Shown here one piece after another: positions 9,303 to 20,600 of a DNA stretch of 63,811 nt. Source of the stretch: a virus. Taxonomy: Duplodnaviria > Caudoviricetes. A program made the position numbers and the translations under genes. Under the pieces are notes generated by a model. That model saw only the letters and a program-made list of their open reading frames with translations, did no database searches and was not told where the DNA came from. The DNA lies in the IMG/VR virus record IMGVR_UViG_3300002461_000106, positions 1 through 63,811 of that record; one strand, given 5' to 3'. Every line of letters begins with the position of its first letter. Position 1 is the first letter of the stretch.

Positions 9303-10088
9303 ATGACTGTGCGGCAATCAACCGGGTTACGGAACCACCTGATGCAAGGCGGTTCCTTCCGCAGCGCATTCCAAGGGGGCAAGCTCAGTATTTATTCTGG
9401 GGCGCAGCCCGCAACCGCAGACACCGCCCCGAGCGGCACGCTGCTCGTCACGATCACTGATGGCGCAGGCGCCCACACTCCCGAGGTGCAGGCCACCGGC
9501 ACGATCACGATCACGGGCACCAGTGGTACGATTACCGGCATCACCCTCGGCGGCGTCCAGATTCTCGGCGCGACCGTGACCTGGACGACTTCCAACGACA
9601 ACACGGCGGCGCTCATCGCCGCGCAGATCAACCGCTTCCATGGCCACAAGATCATCACCGCCAGCGCCGCGACGAACGTCGTTACGTTGAAGGCCCGCCT
9701 CGGCTTCGGCGCATCGATCAATGGCATGGTCGTAACCACGACCGAGTCCGGCGGAGATATCGCTGGTGCCGATGTGAACATGGGCAGTGCCGTCGCGGGG
9801 GTCAACTCCGTGAACGGCCTGAACTTCGACGATGTGGTGACCGGCCTGCTGGCCAAGCGCACCGGCCAGACCTGGTCGGGTGTGGGCCTGGCCGATGGCA
9901 CCGCCGGCTGGTTCCGCTTGCGCGGCCCCATCGCGGACAACGACTCGGCGGACACTGCCGGCGCGTTCACTCGGCTCGACGGCTCAATCGCCGTATCGGG
10001 TGGCGACATGAACGCTTCGACGACCACGCTGGCCTCGGGCGCGACGCACACGATCAGCACGTTCTCGCCGACCGAACCCGCGGCCTGA
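9303..10088 (+). CDS. Virion fibre-associated protein (apparent paralogue of 26238..26615 with internal insertion)
   Basis: 'STGLRN', 'GTAGWFRL', 'RLDGS..GGDMN' motifs; Thr/Gly-rich. Confidence 0.65.
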   Translation: MTVRQSTGLRNHLMQGGSFRSAFQGGKLSIYSGAQPATADTAPSGTLLVTITDGAGAHTPEVQATGTITITGTSGTITGITLGGVQILGATVTWTTSNDNTAALIAAQINRFHGHKIITASAATNVVTLKARLGFGASINGMVVTTTESGGDIAGADVNMGSAVAGVNSVNGLNFDDVVTGLLAKRTGQTWSGVGLADGTAGWFRLRGPIADNDSADTAGAFTRLDGSIAVSGGDMNASTTTLASGATHTISTFSPTEPAA

Positions 10089-10127
10089 CCGTGACGCCGC
10101 CGGAAGCGGCTTAACTTAGGGGCGCGC

Positions 10128-11045
10128 ATGTCTGCGAACTTCATCGCAACACCCAGCCTGCCGGCAGTTACCCTGTCGGCTGCTGGTTCGTTCGTTGGTA
10201 CGGGAGCTGAGTTCAGCCTGCCGGCGGCGACGCTCGCGGCGACGCTGGAGTCAAACTACTGGCGTGCGGAACCTATCCTGCCCACAGCGTCGCTGTCTGC
10301 GAGCATGTTAGGCGGTGCGGGTCTGACGTTTGAGGCTACACTTCGCCCGGTATCGCTCACCGCGACGCTGCTGCAGGACGCGATACTGTCGGCTTCGCCG
10401 GTGTTGCCGAAGATCAGCCTGTCGACGCAGTTCATACCCGCGGTGATTTTCACCGCCGCGCCGAGTCTGCCTGTCCTTGGACTATCAGGTCAGGTTCGTT
10501 CAGACGCCGCGTTCGTCGCGACTTTCACGCTGCCTTCGGTGCAGTTGTCCGCAGAGATCCAGCAAGCGATCGCCGAGACCTATCGCACCTGGGCGCTGAA
10601 CCTGCGGAAGAACGCGTTGACGGAGTATGACAACTTCGACTTCAACTCCTACGCCGTGTTCAATGGGCAAGTGCTGGCCTGCAGCGCCGCTGGAGTGGTG
10701 GTGCTCGGGTCACAGGCTGTCGATGGGGCTGCTGCCATCTCCGCTCGCGCCCGCACGGGTAAGACAGATTATGGCTCGTCGGTGCTGAAGCGTACGCCTC
10801 GGGCGTACCTTGGCTACAAGACGGATGGTGACGTGTTGTTCCGCACGATCACTTCCGAGGACGCCGCGCGCACGTATCGCCTCTCGCATAACGACGTCAC
10901 TGGGTTCCAGCAGCGCCGTGTGCCGGTGGGTAAGGGGCCGAAAAGCCGCTACTGGCAGTTCGAGGTCGAGAACGAGAACGGCGCAGATTTCACCGTGTCC
11001 GACGTGCTGGCCTACCCGCAGGTGCTTCGCCGCAGGGTGATGTAG
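10128..11045 (+). CDS. Tail protein with about 7 N-terminal 21-aa repeats
   Basis: Repeats of form xxxLPxxxLSA; C-terminal 'GKGPKSRYWQFE' domain. Confidence 0.65.
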   Translation: MSANFIATPSLPAVTLSAAGSFVGTGAEFSLPAATLAATLESNYWRAEPILPTASLSASMLGGAGLTFEATLRPVSLTATLLQDAILSASPVLPKISLSTQFIPAVIFTAAPSLPVLGLSGQVRSDAAFVATFTLPSVQLSAEIQQAIAETYRTWALNLRKNALTEYDNFDFNSYAVFNGQVLACSAAGVVVLGSQAVDGAAAISARARTGKTDYGSSVLKRTPRAYLGYKTDGDVLFRTITSEDAARTYRLSHNDVTGFQQRRVPVGKGPKSRYWQFEVENENGADFTVSDVLAYPQVLRRRVM

Positions 11046-12274
11046 TGCCGCTTCGCGTTCAGATAGACCTGGGGGGTGAGAAGTTTTTCTCATTTGCGAA
11101 AAACAAACTTCGCGACCTGAAGGCGTTCATGGCCAAGACGAGCCTGAAGGTCATGTCGAAGCACTTCTACGTTAGCGAGAACGAGTCGATTTGGATCAAG
11201 ACCACGCGCCTCCGGCCTGACCTGTGGATGGATTGGATAAGGATTACGGCGGGCGCAGCGGGCAGCATTATCCTGCAGACAAACGCCCATGAGTATTCAG
11301 TCATTCGGTGGGATGGGTCTAAGGTCGCATCCTTCGACTCTACAGGGCACCCCTGGTCTGGCTACGCGCTTCAGGAGGCTATTGGCACAGACATACTGCT
11401 GGTGGCCCGTACCGGCGCTGAAACTGGCACAGCCTATGTTGTAAACGCGGAGGACTTTTCTATCGCGGCTGGCCCGGTCGATTTCAGCGCAAACGCGCTC
11501 ACGTCGTTCACGTTTCGCCAGCCCCCTCTGGGTGATGGTGTGACCCCCCCGAGGCAGTGGGTAGCCGGCTTTGAGTTCGGGTCATCCACATCGCTGACGG
11601 GCTCTGTCTTCGGTTATGTGGACCAGGACTTAACCAACCTCACTACGACATCGATTACACCCGCTACAAGTTCTGGCAGTGGCGTGGTGTCGTCATTTAA
11701 TTGGAACGGCGGGGATGGGTCTGCGGCCGTCATCGACCTTGGCCGGGATATTGCGCCCGTTGATGAGTATCAGTTCGCTCGCGTGGACGTCGCTACGGGG
11801 GTAGTAACTAAGGTCGTTATGGCAGGCAGTAATTCAGGTGTGGCTGCGGAGTCTGTGTTTCCCGTCTGCACCAATTCGACTCTGCTGCTGCGCACTTATG
11901 GGGACTCGTCCGGTGCGTACGTAGAGGCGCGGTCTTTAGCGGATGGATCACTGCTTGGCCGCGCGCTGCTCACTAGTTCAGTGGACGCCACAAATCTGAC
12001 GTGGCAGGTTTTACGTTGCGATGAGTCTCGGGCGCTGGCCATTTTTGGGGAGGGGTTCACCCCCACAAGCTACTTGGGGTTTGTTGTGACCCTAGCCACC
12101 ATGACGGCAGTTGATATAACCGAAAAACTGACGGCCGGCTTGACGCTATTACAGCTTGGCAATACGTCGCTTAGCCGGGCGATAATCCTTGACGCGGCTA
12201 TTACGGGGGTCATCGTGGACCCCCCCGAATCCGGCGGCGGTGGGGGTGACGGCGGGGGTGGCGGGCGAGACTGA
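11045..12274 (+). CDS. Putative tail/receptor-binding protein
   Basis: 409 aa; basic N-terminal about 70 aa, then a beta-rich domain with visibly more A/T-ending codons. Confidence 0.55.
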   Translation: MPLRVQIDLGGEKFFSFAKNKLRDLKAFMAKTSLKVMSKHFYVSENESIWIKTTRLRPDLWMDWIRITAGAAGSIILQTNAHEYSVIRWDGSKVASFDSTGHPWSGYALQEAIGTDILLVARTGAETGTAYVVNAEDFSIAAGPVDFSANALTSFTFRQPPLGDGVTPPRQWVAGFEFGSSTSLTGSVFGYVDQDLTNLTTTSITPATSSGSGVVSSFNWNGGDGSAAVIDLGRDIAPVDEYQFARVDVATGVVTKVVMAGSNSGVAAESVFPVCTNSTLLLRTYGDSSGAYVEARSLADGSLLGRALLTSSVDATNLTWQVLRCDESRALAIFGEGFTPTSYLGFVVTLATMTAVDITEKLTAGLTLLQLGNTSLSRAIILDAAITGVIVDPPESGGGGGDGGGGGRD

Positions 12275-12292
12275 CGCGTATTCCGCCAACCA

Positions 12293-12301
12293 TGATATAC
12301 T
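12293..12301 (+). promoter_or_regulatory. Extended -10 promoter candidate (TGATATACT)
   Basis: TGnTATACT in intergenic gap before ejection-protein genes; identical 9-mer at 20619. Confidence 0.4.
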
Positions 12302-12337
12302 ACGACAATACCCCTTGCCCGGAGATGGCATTCGCTT

Positions 12338-13600
12338 ATGGTCACGATCACCAACCCGCCCAACCTTGCTTCGACGCTGATTGATCAGCAGACCGCGGCG
12401 GTTGACAATGTCCTCGCGGACGCGGTTGGTTACCTTGAGACTCTCAAGTCTGTAGTAGACATTCAGTTCGGCAATGGGTTCAATATCGACAACATCCTGC
12501 CCGACTCATACAACTACGCGTCGGTGCCCGATGTCAATTTCCCAGTCATCGCCGGCGGCCTCCGCCCCAACGTCACCGACACCGGACTCGCCGGACCGCC
12601 TGAAGTGCCGAGCATCGTGCTGGCGTCACCGGTGGATATCATCGTCCCCGACGATGACCTGATCGCCCCGACCAACGACTTCGCCTACTTCGAGGCCGCC
12701 TACGTCTCCGCCCTCCTTGACCCCCTGAAGGCGAAGCTGCTGTCCGATCTGGTTAACGGCGGGTATGGCATCGACTCGAACGACGAGGCTGCGCTCTACC
12801 AGCGGGCGCGTGACCGCGAGGTCGAGACCGCCATGACCCGCATCGCTGACGCCGGCCGCGCGATGGCCGCGCGTGGGTTCCCACTGCCGCCGGGCGAACT
12901 GAACATCACCATCGACCGGGCCTATCAGGAACTGCAGGACCGCACCTCCACGATCTCGCGGGACATCTTCACGAACGCCGCCGCTCGCTTCGTGGAGAAC
13001 CGCCGGTTCACGATCGAGCAGGTGAAAGACCTTGAGCGCATCCTGATTGGTTTCCACAACTCGGTACAGGAGCGGGCGCTGAACGCCGCGCGGGCGGCGG
13101 CTGAGTTTTCGATCACCGTCTACAACGCACTGGTGCTCCGCTACCGTGCCCGACTGGAGGCGGCGAAGACGTCCGCTGAAGTCCAGCGCGACAAGATTCA
13201 GGTTGAGGTGGCCCGGGCCGAGGCGCAGATCCGGCTGTTCCAGGGTCAGATCTCCGCCTATGAGGCCCGCATCCGGCAGCAACTGGAGCCGCTGCGCTTG
13301 CAGGTCGAGCTCTACCGTGCCGACATTGATGCCAACCGGGCACTGACCGATGGCATCATCTCCCGCGCCACGCTACAGCAGAAGGTGATCGAGGCGACGG
13401 TGCAGCAGAACATCCAGATATCGAACCTCGCCATCGAGAATGCGAAGGCGAAGCTCACCGCCGCGGTGGAGGAGCTGCGCTTCAAGACCGCCGCGGCGCA
13501 GTATGGTAGCGAGAAGTTTTTCTCCCTGCTGGCCGCGATGGTGGGCACGATCAACACGCTGGCGGTGAATCAAATTTCGGGCGACGCCCCGACGAGCTGA
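12338..13600 (+). CDS. Internal virion (ejection) protein, coiled-coil
   Basis: 'AARGFPLPPG' motif and long helical C-terminal half; position before the giant internal protein. Confidence 0.65.
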   Translation: MVTITNPPNLASTLIDQQTAAVDNVLADAVGYLETLKSVVDIQFGNGFNIDNILPDSYNYASVPDVNFPVIAGGLRPNVTDTGLAGPPEVPSIVLASPVDIIVPDDDLIAPTNDFAYFEAAYVSALLDPLKAKLLSDLVNGGYGIDSNDEAALYQRARDREVETAMTRIADAGRAMAARGFPLPPGELNITIDRAYQELQDRTSTISRDIFTNAAARFVENRRFTIEQVKDLERILIGFHNSVQERALNAARAAAEFSITVYNALVLRYRARLEAAKTSAEVQRDKIQVEVARAEAQIRLFQGQISAYEARIRQQLEPLRLQVELYRADIDANRALTDGIISRATLQQKVIEATVQQNIQISNLAIENAKAKLTAAVEELRFKTAAAQYGSEKFFSLLAAMVGTINTLAVNQISGDAPTS

Positions 13601-13611
13601 TGGAGTGAGTT

Positions 13612-14619
13612 ATGGCCGAAGCCCCTGTGTTTGACATTGATGAGTTCCTGAAAGCGACCTCCCGGACAGGTGCTTCTGCGCCGGCCGCGCCTGCAGGCAA
13701 TGTGCCGTTTTACAACCGTCCGATTCCGGTGCCGCAGGGCGTTCGCACTGCTGGCCGCTTGCTACGCCGCGGGGTTGGCCCGGCCGCGGCAGTAGGCACT
13801 GCGCTGACTGTCGGCGAATTCATGAAGGAGTCTGTCGAGCCGGCCGTGATCAATGCGATGGCTGGCCCTGGCCCGATGACGCCAGAACTGGCAGCGCAGG
13901 TTCGTGCTGCGGGCGGCACAGACGCCTTCGTTCGCGGGGTCCAGTCCCGCACCAGCGCACCGCTCCCCGCTACTGCCCCCGCCGCGACTCCGGCTGCGGC
14001 ACCAGCCGCCGCGCCGACTTCTGACACGCTCGACCCCGCCGCCATCCTGAACCGCTCTGTCGCCGCACCGCGTGGCATGGGTGCCATCCAGGCCAGCGGC
14101 GCCCCCGCCCGCCTGATCGGTGGAACTGGCCCGGAGGTAACGCTGCCGCCCGTCCGCTACCAGCCGCGCACGTCGGTCGGTTCGTTCTTTCAGGCCGGCG
14201 CGGATATGAAGGTCATGGCCAACACACAGGCCGCTGGCGAGCGCCGGGAGAAACTCCTGCTGGACGCCATCACCAAGGCACCGGCCGCCCGCAAGGCCGC
14301 GCTGGAAGCTCGACTGCTGGGCACCCGTGCTGCTGCGGTGGATGCGATGGTCAACGCTGGCATCGACCCCAGCGACATCGCCCGGGCCACGACCGGCGGC
14401 GACGTGAGCCCGCGGTTCTCGGTCCCGCCGGGCGCGATCCTCACCCCCGGCCAGCCGGTGCCGGTCATCAGCAACCGTTCGGGTGAGGTCGAGCTCCGCA
14501 CGCCCCGCACCCGCGCATCGCTGGGCCAGGGTAGCGACGGCAAGACCTACGTCCTCGACGCACAGGGCAAGCCTGTCCGCCCGGCGACTCCCTCGGAACT
14601 CGCGCAACTGCGTAAATAA
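13612..14619 (+). CDS. Putative internal virion (ejection) protein
   Basis: Ala/Pro-rich 335 aa, GGAG RBS, coupled to next gene (TAATG). Confidence 0.6.
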   Translation: MAEAPVFDIDEFLKATSRTGASAPAAPAGNVPFYNRPIPVPQGVRTAGRLLRRGVGPAAAVGTALTVGEFMKESVEPAVINAMAGPGPMTPELAAQVRAAGGTDAFVRGVQSRTSAPLPATAPAATPAAAPAAAPTSDTLDPAAILNRSVAAPRGMGAIQASGAPARLIGGTGPEVTLPPVRYQPRTSVGSFFQAGADMKVMANTQAAGERREKLLLDAITKAPAARKAALEARLLGTRAAAVDAMVNAGIDPSDIARATTGGDVSPRFSVPPGAILTPGQPVPVISNRSGEVELRTPRTRASLGQGSDGKTYVLDAQGKPVRPATPSELAQLRK

Positions 14620-17600
14620 TGGCCGAATCCAGCCTGCAGATCACTCCGGTTGGTGACGTTCTTGTCGATGCGCTAGTCGACCCCGCCGCACCGCCTAAAC
14701 GCTCCCCGCTCGCACGGGGGTTCGGTGTGGGCATGGCCGGCATCCGTGCCGCAGGTCAGGGACTGAAGGCTGCTGCAGGCCGCGCTGTTGGGGCTACCGA
14801 CTTCGAGCGTGACGCGCTCGCCGCCGCGCAGGCTGAGCAGGAGGCCGTCGCTCCCGACGTCATGCGGGTGGAAGATGTCAACTCGTTCGGCTCCGCGCTG
14901 GAGTTTGGCCAGTACGCTCTCGGCACCGCCGCACCGTCCATCCTCGCATCCATCCTCGGCGGTGTCGCCGGCCGTATCGGCGGCCGCGCCCTCGCCCGAG
15001 GCCGGTCGGCGGTGGCTCGTCAGACCGCTGCAGATGCTGGCACCGTGGCGGGCCTGGCCGCGACCAGCACCGGACTGGGAACCGGCAGTATCTTCCCCGA
15101 AGCTGTGGATGGAGGCGTCAATGACCCTGTGCTCCGGGCGATCGCTGGTGGCACCGCGGCCGGCGCGCTGGACATCCTGCCTCAGATGTATCTGGCCCGC
15201 CGGCTGGGTATCCTCGGCGACGCTGCCCGCCCCGCACCTGTTCGTGGGTTCGGCGCCCGTGCCGGCCGGGCTGCTGTCGAAGGTGGCCGCACCGCTGGGC
15301 TGGAAGGGCTGACCGAGACCGGGCAGGAGATCATCGGTCGCACTGCAGCCGGTCAGGACTTGACCGACGCCGAGGCGCTGAGCGCCTACATCAACGCAGG
15401 TGCGATCGGTGCGATAGCCGGCGGCACGATCGGTGGCGTCACTGGCGCGGCCAACATCGGCACCGCTGCACCGCCTCGCCAGCCGACCGCCACACCGCCG
15501 CAGCCTGTCATTGAACCCGAAGCCCCGTTGCCGCAGGTCGAGCCGCTTGATGTCATTGGGCAACGTGCGTCTGACCTCGCGCTGCTGGGGTCGATCCCGT
15601 CACCGCTGGAGCCCGCAGCACCTGCCGCCGAGCCTGCGCGCCCGGTGGTGTCGCAGTATGACCGTAGCCGCTCCGAGATGGCACAGGAGGCCGATACCCT
15701 GGCGCTGCAGACCCTAGTGGGTCAGCGTGAGTCGCTGCAGGCTCAGGTCGAGGCACTCGGCGCGGAGATGAAGCAGCCCGCCGCGCAGCGCCGCCCGAAG
15801 GCTGACATCATCCGCGAGATCAAGGCTGCGCAGGATCAACTTACCCAGATTGGGGTCCAAGAAACCCAACTTGGGAACGCTGTCCAGACTCGCGCCCGCA
15901 GGCTCGCCGGTCGCGATGCCGCGATGGCGACCCCCGAGATGGCCCCCCGCACCCCGCGCACGCCCGCGCCGGAGTCGGATGTTATCCAGACCCGTTCGGC
16001 TGACCCGGACACGACTGCGGCCGAGACCGCGGTGGCTGAACTCAAGCGTAGCATGGGCGCGCTGGTGTCGTCGCGTGAAGCCCGGCTGGTGCCGAAGGTC
16101 GACCGCGGCGAGGTCACGCTGGAGGTTCCGCCGGCCAGCAACGTTCGCGAACGCCAGAGGCCCGTCGACGACAAGACCCGTCGCGACACGATCGAAGGCG
16201 TCGCTGTAGAGTCCATCAAGCGTAACGCCGACGAACTGGCCGCAGCCGGCGCGTTCCGCAAGGGCACCGCCATGAAGGCCCGCGAGGCCATCATCGCTGC
16301 GGCGGTGGACGCCGCGAAAGCCCCGACGATCGAGGCCGCTGAGAAGGCCGTGTTCGACGCCGCCATCAAGGCGCTGGGTGGCAGTGTCAACAAGACCGAT
16401 GCGATCATCTTCGCTGGCAAGGTCGCGGCGGACATCAAGGACGCGCCGAAGTTCTACTCGAAGTCCGCAGTCGCTCGGGCTGTGTCGGATGCGGTCGGTG
16501 GAACGCCCCTGAATGTGGTTGACGCCTACGTCCAGCAGCGCACGCTGGGTGAGGATGCGTCCACTTTCGCCCGCGACACCGCCGTGAGCATCTTCGCGAA
16601 CGCGGCACAGGATGCGGCGCTCGACTCCGGCGCGGTGGCCAAGACCCTAGACGATCTGGTGAACGCGGGGGGCTACGATGCCCTCTACGCGACCCCGGAC
16701 GCGGTGCCACTCGCGGCCCGACCCGCTGCGCAGCGTGCCGCGCAGGACTTCCAGGATGCGGTGCTGGCTGCTCGCGGTGAGGAGGTCATCTCTGAACTTC
16801 GCCGGATGCTGGGCGACGACCCGAACCTTGAGTTCCGTCTGTTCGAGGCCGCGCCCGGCGCGCCGGTGGGTTACTACCAGCGCCTGCAGCCGTTGAAGGA
16901 CGTGATCGCCGTCGCGACCAACGCGCAGGACGTGATGTCCGTTGCTGCGCACGAAGGGTTCCACTACCTCGAAGCGCGGGTGCTGAACGGGGCTGAACGT
17001 GCGGTGATCAACCGTTCGTTCTCCCCGGGGGCGCGGCTGTTCAAGCAGGTGCTCCAGCGGGCGGTGGCCTACGACCGTGAGAACAAGACCAACATCGCCG
17101 ATGAGATCCGCACCCGTCCGGCCGAAGCGCATGCCTACGGTTACGAGATGTGGCGCCGGGGTGACCTGCAGGCGGATGGCCTGCTGGCCCGGGCCTTCGA
17201 GAAGATCCGCCAGATGATCGACCGCATTCGGAACTACATCACCGGCGTCGGGTTCCAGTCGACCGAGGACATCTTCCGGGCGGTCGAGCTGGGCGCCTAC
17301 GCGGACCGCCAGCGCCGGACAGGCGGGGTGTCGACTCAGAGGTCAGAGGCTCGCAGCGACATCACCCAGACCGCCGCATTTCGTCGCTGGTTCGGGTCGT
17401 CAAAAGTGGTGGACGCCGAGGGCAGGCCGTTGGTGGTGTATCACGGGACGGGCGGCGATTTCTCGGAGTTCAGGACTACTCGTAGCGGGGAGTTTGGTCC
17501 AGCCATATACACGACCGACAACCCCCGCGAAGCCGGCGAATACTCAGTATCCGGCCGCGACGGAATGGGGTCTAATGTCATGCCGGTCTACGTGAGCATT

Positions 17601-20600
17601 CAGAACCCCTATACCAAGGGGGTAGATGCTTTCTGGGCGGAATTTGGCCGAGACACTGATGGTGACGCTGCTGCCGTGGCGCGGGCGCGGGCGGCAGGCT
17701 ACGATGGCATTATCGCGCAGCGGGCCGATCGCTATTATGACAACATGACTCGAGATTTTGTGGACCGGGGCGGCGTGTTGACCCACTATATCGCTTTCCG
17801 CCCCGAGCAGATCAAGTCCGCCATCGGCAATCGTGGAACCTTCGACCCGACGGACCCCAACATCCTCTACTCCCGAGCCGCCCAAGCCGCTGAGACCGAC
17901 ATGGCCCGCCGCAAGCGCAACGGCGAGCTGGAGCGCGAGCAGCTTCAGGACTCGCTGGCCGACCTGATTGACACCGCCGGCATCCCGAACCCGACGCTGA
18001 AGGAGGTCTTCGGCGCGACTTACACGACGCTGGCCGGTGGACTCAGGCGATGGCGGCTCAAGAACATCGCGACGGGGAACTATATCGCCTCTAAGTCGCA
18101 AGCCTATGCCAACCTCCAGAAGGTGCTGCGCGGTTACATCCAGCGCAAGTCGGCATTGATCAGCGACGGTGTAGAGGTCGGCCTGTCCGAGTGGCGCAAG
18201 GGCTCGACGGTGGCTGACGAGCAGGCAGTGGCCGATGCGCTCATGCGCCGGACCGTCGGAGGGTTCCTCGAAGGCTCGCCTGAGTATCTGGACACGATCG
18301 CTGAACTCACGCCCAAGCAACTATCCATGTTCAAACAGGCGAACGAGACGATTGGCCGCTACCTCGACCTTGAGTTCCAGGCCGACCAGAAGACCATGCA
18401 GGCTGCGCTGCCAGCCGAGGACTACGCCGAGTGGCTGGCCAACCGGCAGGATCAGGTCAACCGCCTGAAGGCTGAAGGTTACGTCCCCGAGCGCCGGTTC
18501 GGCGACCACTTCGCGCACGCTTACATTGAACGGGTCGACGCGCAGGGCCGCACCCAGAAACTCGCGCTCCTGCTGGATGCGTTCGAGACCGAGGGTGCTG
18601 CGAAGCTGATGGTCGAACGCTACAAGCAGATCGCCGCCGAGAAGATGCCCGAACTCAAGGTCGAGTATGGCTACAAGTACAAGGCCGAGCGTGACACCAG
18701 CGGATCGCTGCAACTGTTCCTTGATACCGCCCGCCGCAACGGCGTGGAGATCACTCAGGCCGAACGCGAGCGCCTGGCGAAGGCACTGGTCGCTGCCGAC
18801 TCGACCCGCCGCAACCGACTGTTCCGCCGCAAGAACGTCCTTGGGTTCTCCCGCGACGCCATGCGCGTGATGGCCGAGTTCGTGGTCACGATGTCGAACA
18901 AGGTCGCCTACTCCGAGTTCACCGCGTCTATCAACGACGCCGCTGCTGGCAAGAAGGTGGATGTGCTGGTTGAGCGCGGTAAGTCACCGCAACTCCAGAC
19001 AGACAATGAGTCGAACCTGTGGGCCGATGAAGGCGTCGAGGCGAACTTCGTTCGGAATCTGGCCGATGAACTGGTGGACTACGTGCTGGTGCCTGACCAC
19101 GGCGGCGAGTGGTCGAGCAAGCTCCGGTCGGGTGCGATGTTCTATTTCCTCGGCGGGTCGGTGGCCTCGGGTGTCGTGAACATGATGTCGGTGCCGATGA
19201 ACACGCTGCCGTGGCTGACGCAGCACACGGATTATGGCAACGCTGCAACGACGGTCATGTCTGCGTTCTCGACGGCCCACGCCAACGGCATGACCCTTCG
19301 TGATCTCGTCGCCCTGCGCGACAAGGAGGGCGTGTCGATGCCGGCGATAGACAACGTCCCGGGCCTGCGCGACGCCCTGATCGCCGCAGCGGAGGACGGC
19401 ACGACGCTGGACACCGAGATTCATCAGATCATGGGGCTGACTCAGGGCGGGCTGCTGTCCAAGAGTCGGAAGGTGCAGAAGGCGATCGACGTGTGGATGT
19501 GGCCGTTCCGTTACGCGGAGCAGACCAACCGGATCGCCACGTTTATCGCAGGCTACAAGATCGGCCAGCAGAACAATCTCGCCGGTCGGGAACTCTACGA
19601 GTTCGCCAAGAACACAGTCGACCAGACACAAAACGCCTATAATGAAACAAATCGCCCTGGCGCTGCTCGTGACCCTGTCTGGTCGCTGCTGTTCATGTTC
19701 AAGTCGTTCCCGCTGTTCACGATGGAGATGCTGGAGTCGATGTATCGCCAGAACCCGAAGTCGGCGGTGTATTTCCTCGTGGGTCTGACCGCGGTGGCAG
19801 GGGTCAACGGCCTGCCGTTCGCCGACGAGATCATGGACCTGGTCGACACCATCTCGCAGAAGCTGTTCGGGTCGCCGTTCAACAGCCGCCGCGCGCTGCG
19901 CAATATGCTGAAGGACGCCAGCGAGGCCGCGGTGGGTGTGGACCTGTCGCATGTCCTGACCCGCGGACTGATCAATGACATGTTCGACATGAACGTCGCG
20001 TCGCGTATCAGCCTGAGCGGGGTCATCCCCGGCACCCGTATCGGTACGGCGGATGGTAACTACGCCCGCGTCGCCGAGGAGGTTCTGGGTGCCCCGATCT
20101 CTATGCTGACGAGCCTTGGCACGGGCGCGGGTCTGGTGCTAAAGGGCGAGTTTGAGAAGGCACTGCGCGAGGCTGGCCCCTCGGCGGTGCGTAACGTCAT
20201 CAAGGCGGCAGAGCAGTATGACCGGGGTTACGCGGTCGACGGGCAGGGCCGGAAGCTGGTGGACGTGGGTGGTCCGCAGATATTCTGGCAGGCGCTCGGG
20301 TTTACGTCCGGTGGCCTGGCTCAGATGTATGACCTTGATCGGACGGTGAAGCAGACCGAAGCCTACTACTCGATGGTCCAGACCGACCTCATGTCCAAGC
20401 TGACCCGGGCCATCTCGGAGGGGGATCAGGCGAAGGCGCAGGAGGTGCTGGACCTGACGAACCGCTGGAACACGACCTACCCCGACATGCCCATCATGCT
20501 GAGCCCGTCAGCCCTGCGCCGCCGTATCGTGGAGGCCGGGATGCCCCTGAACGAGCGCACCATGCGGAACCTGCCGCGGGCGCTGCGGGGCAGCAGCCTC

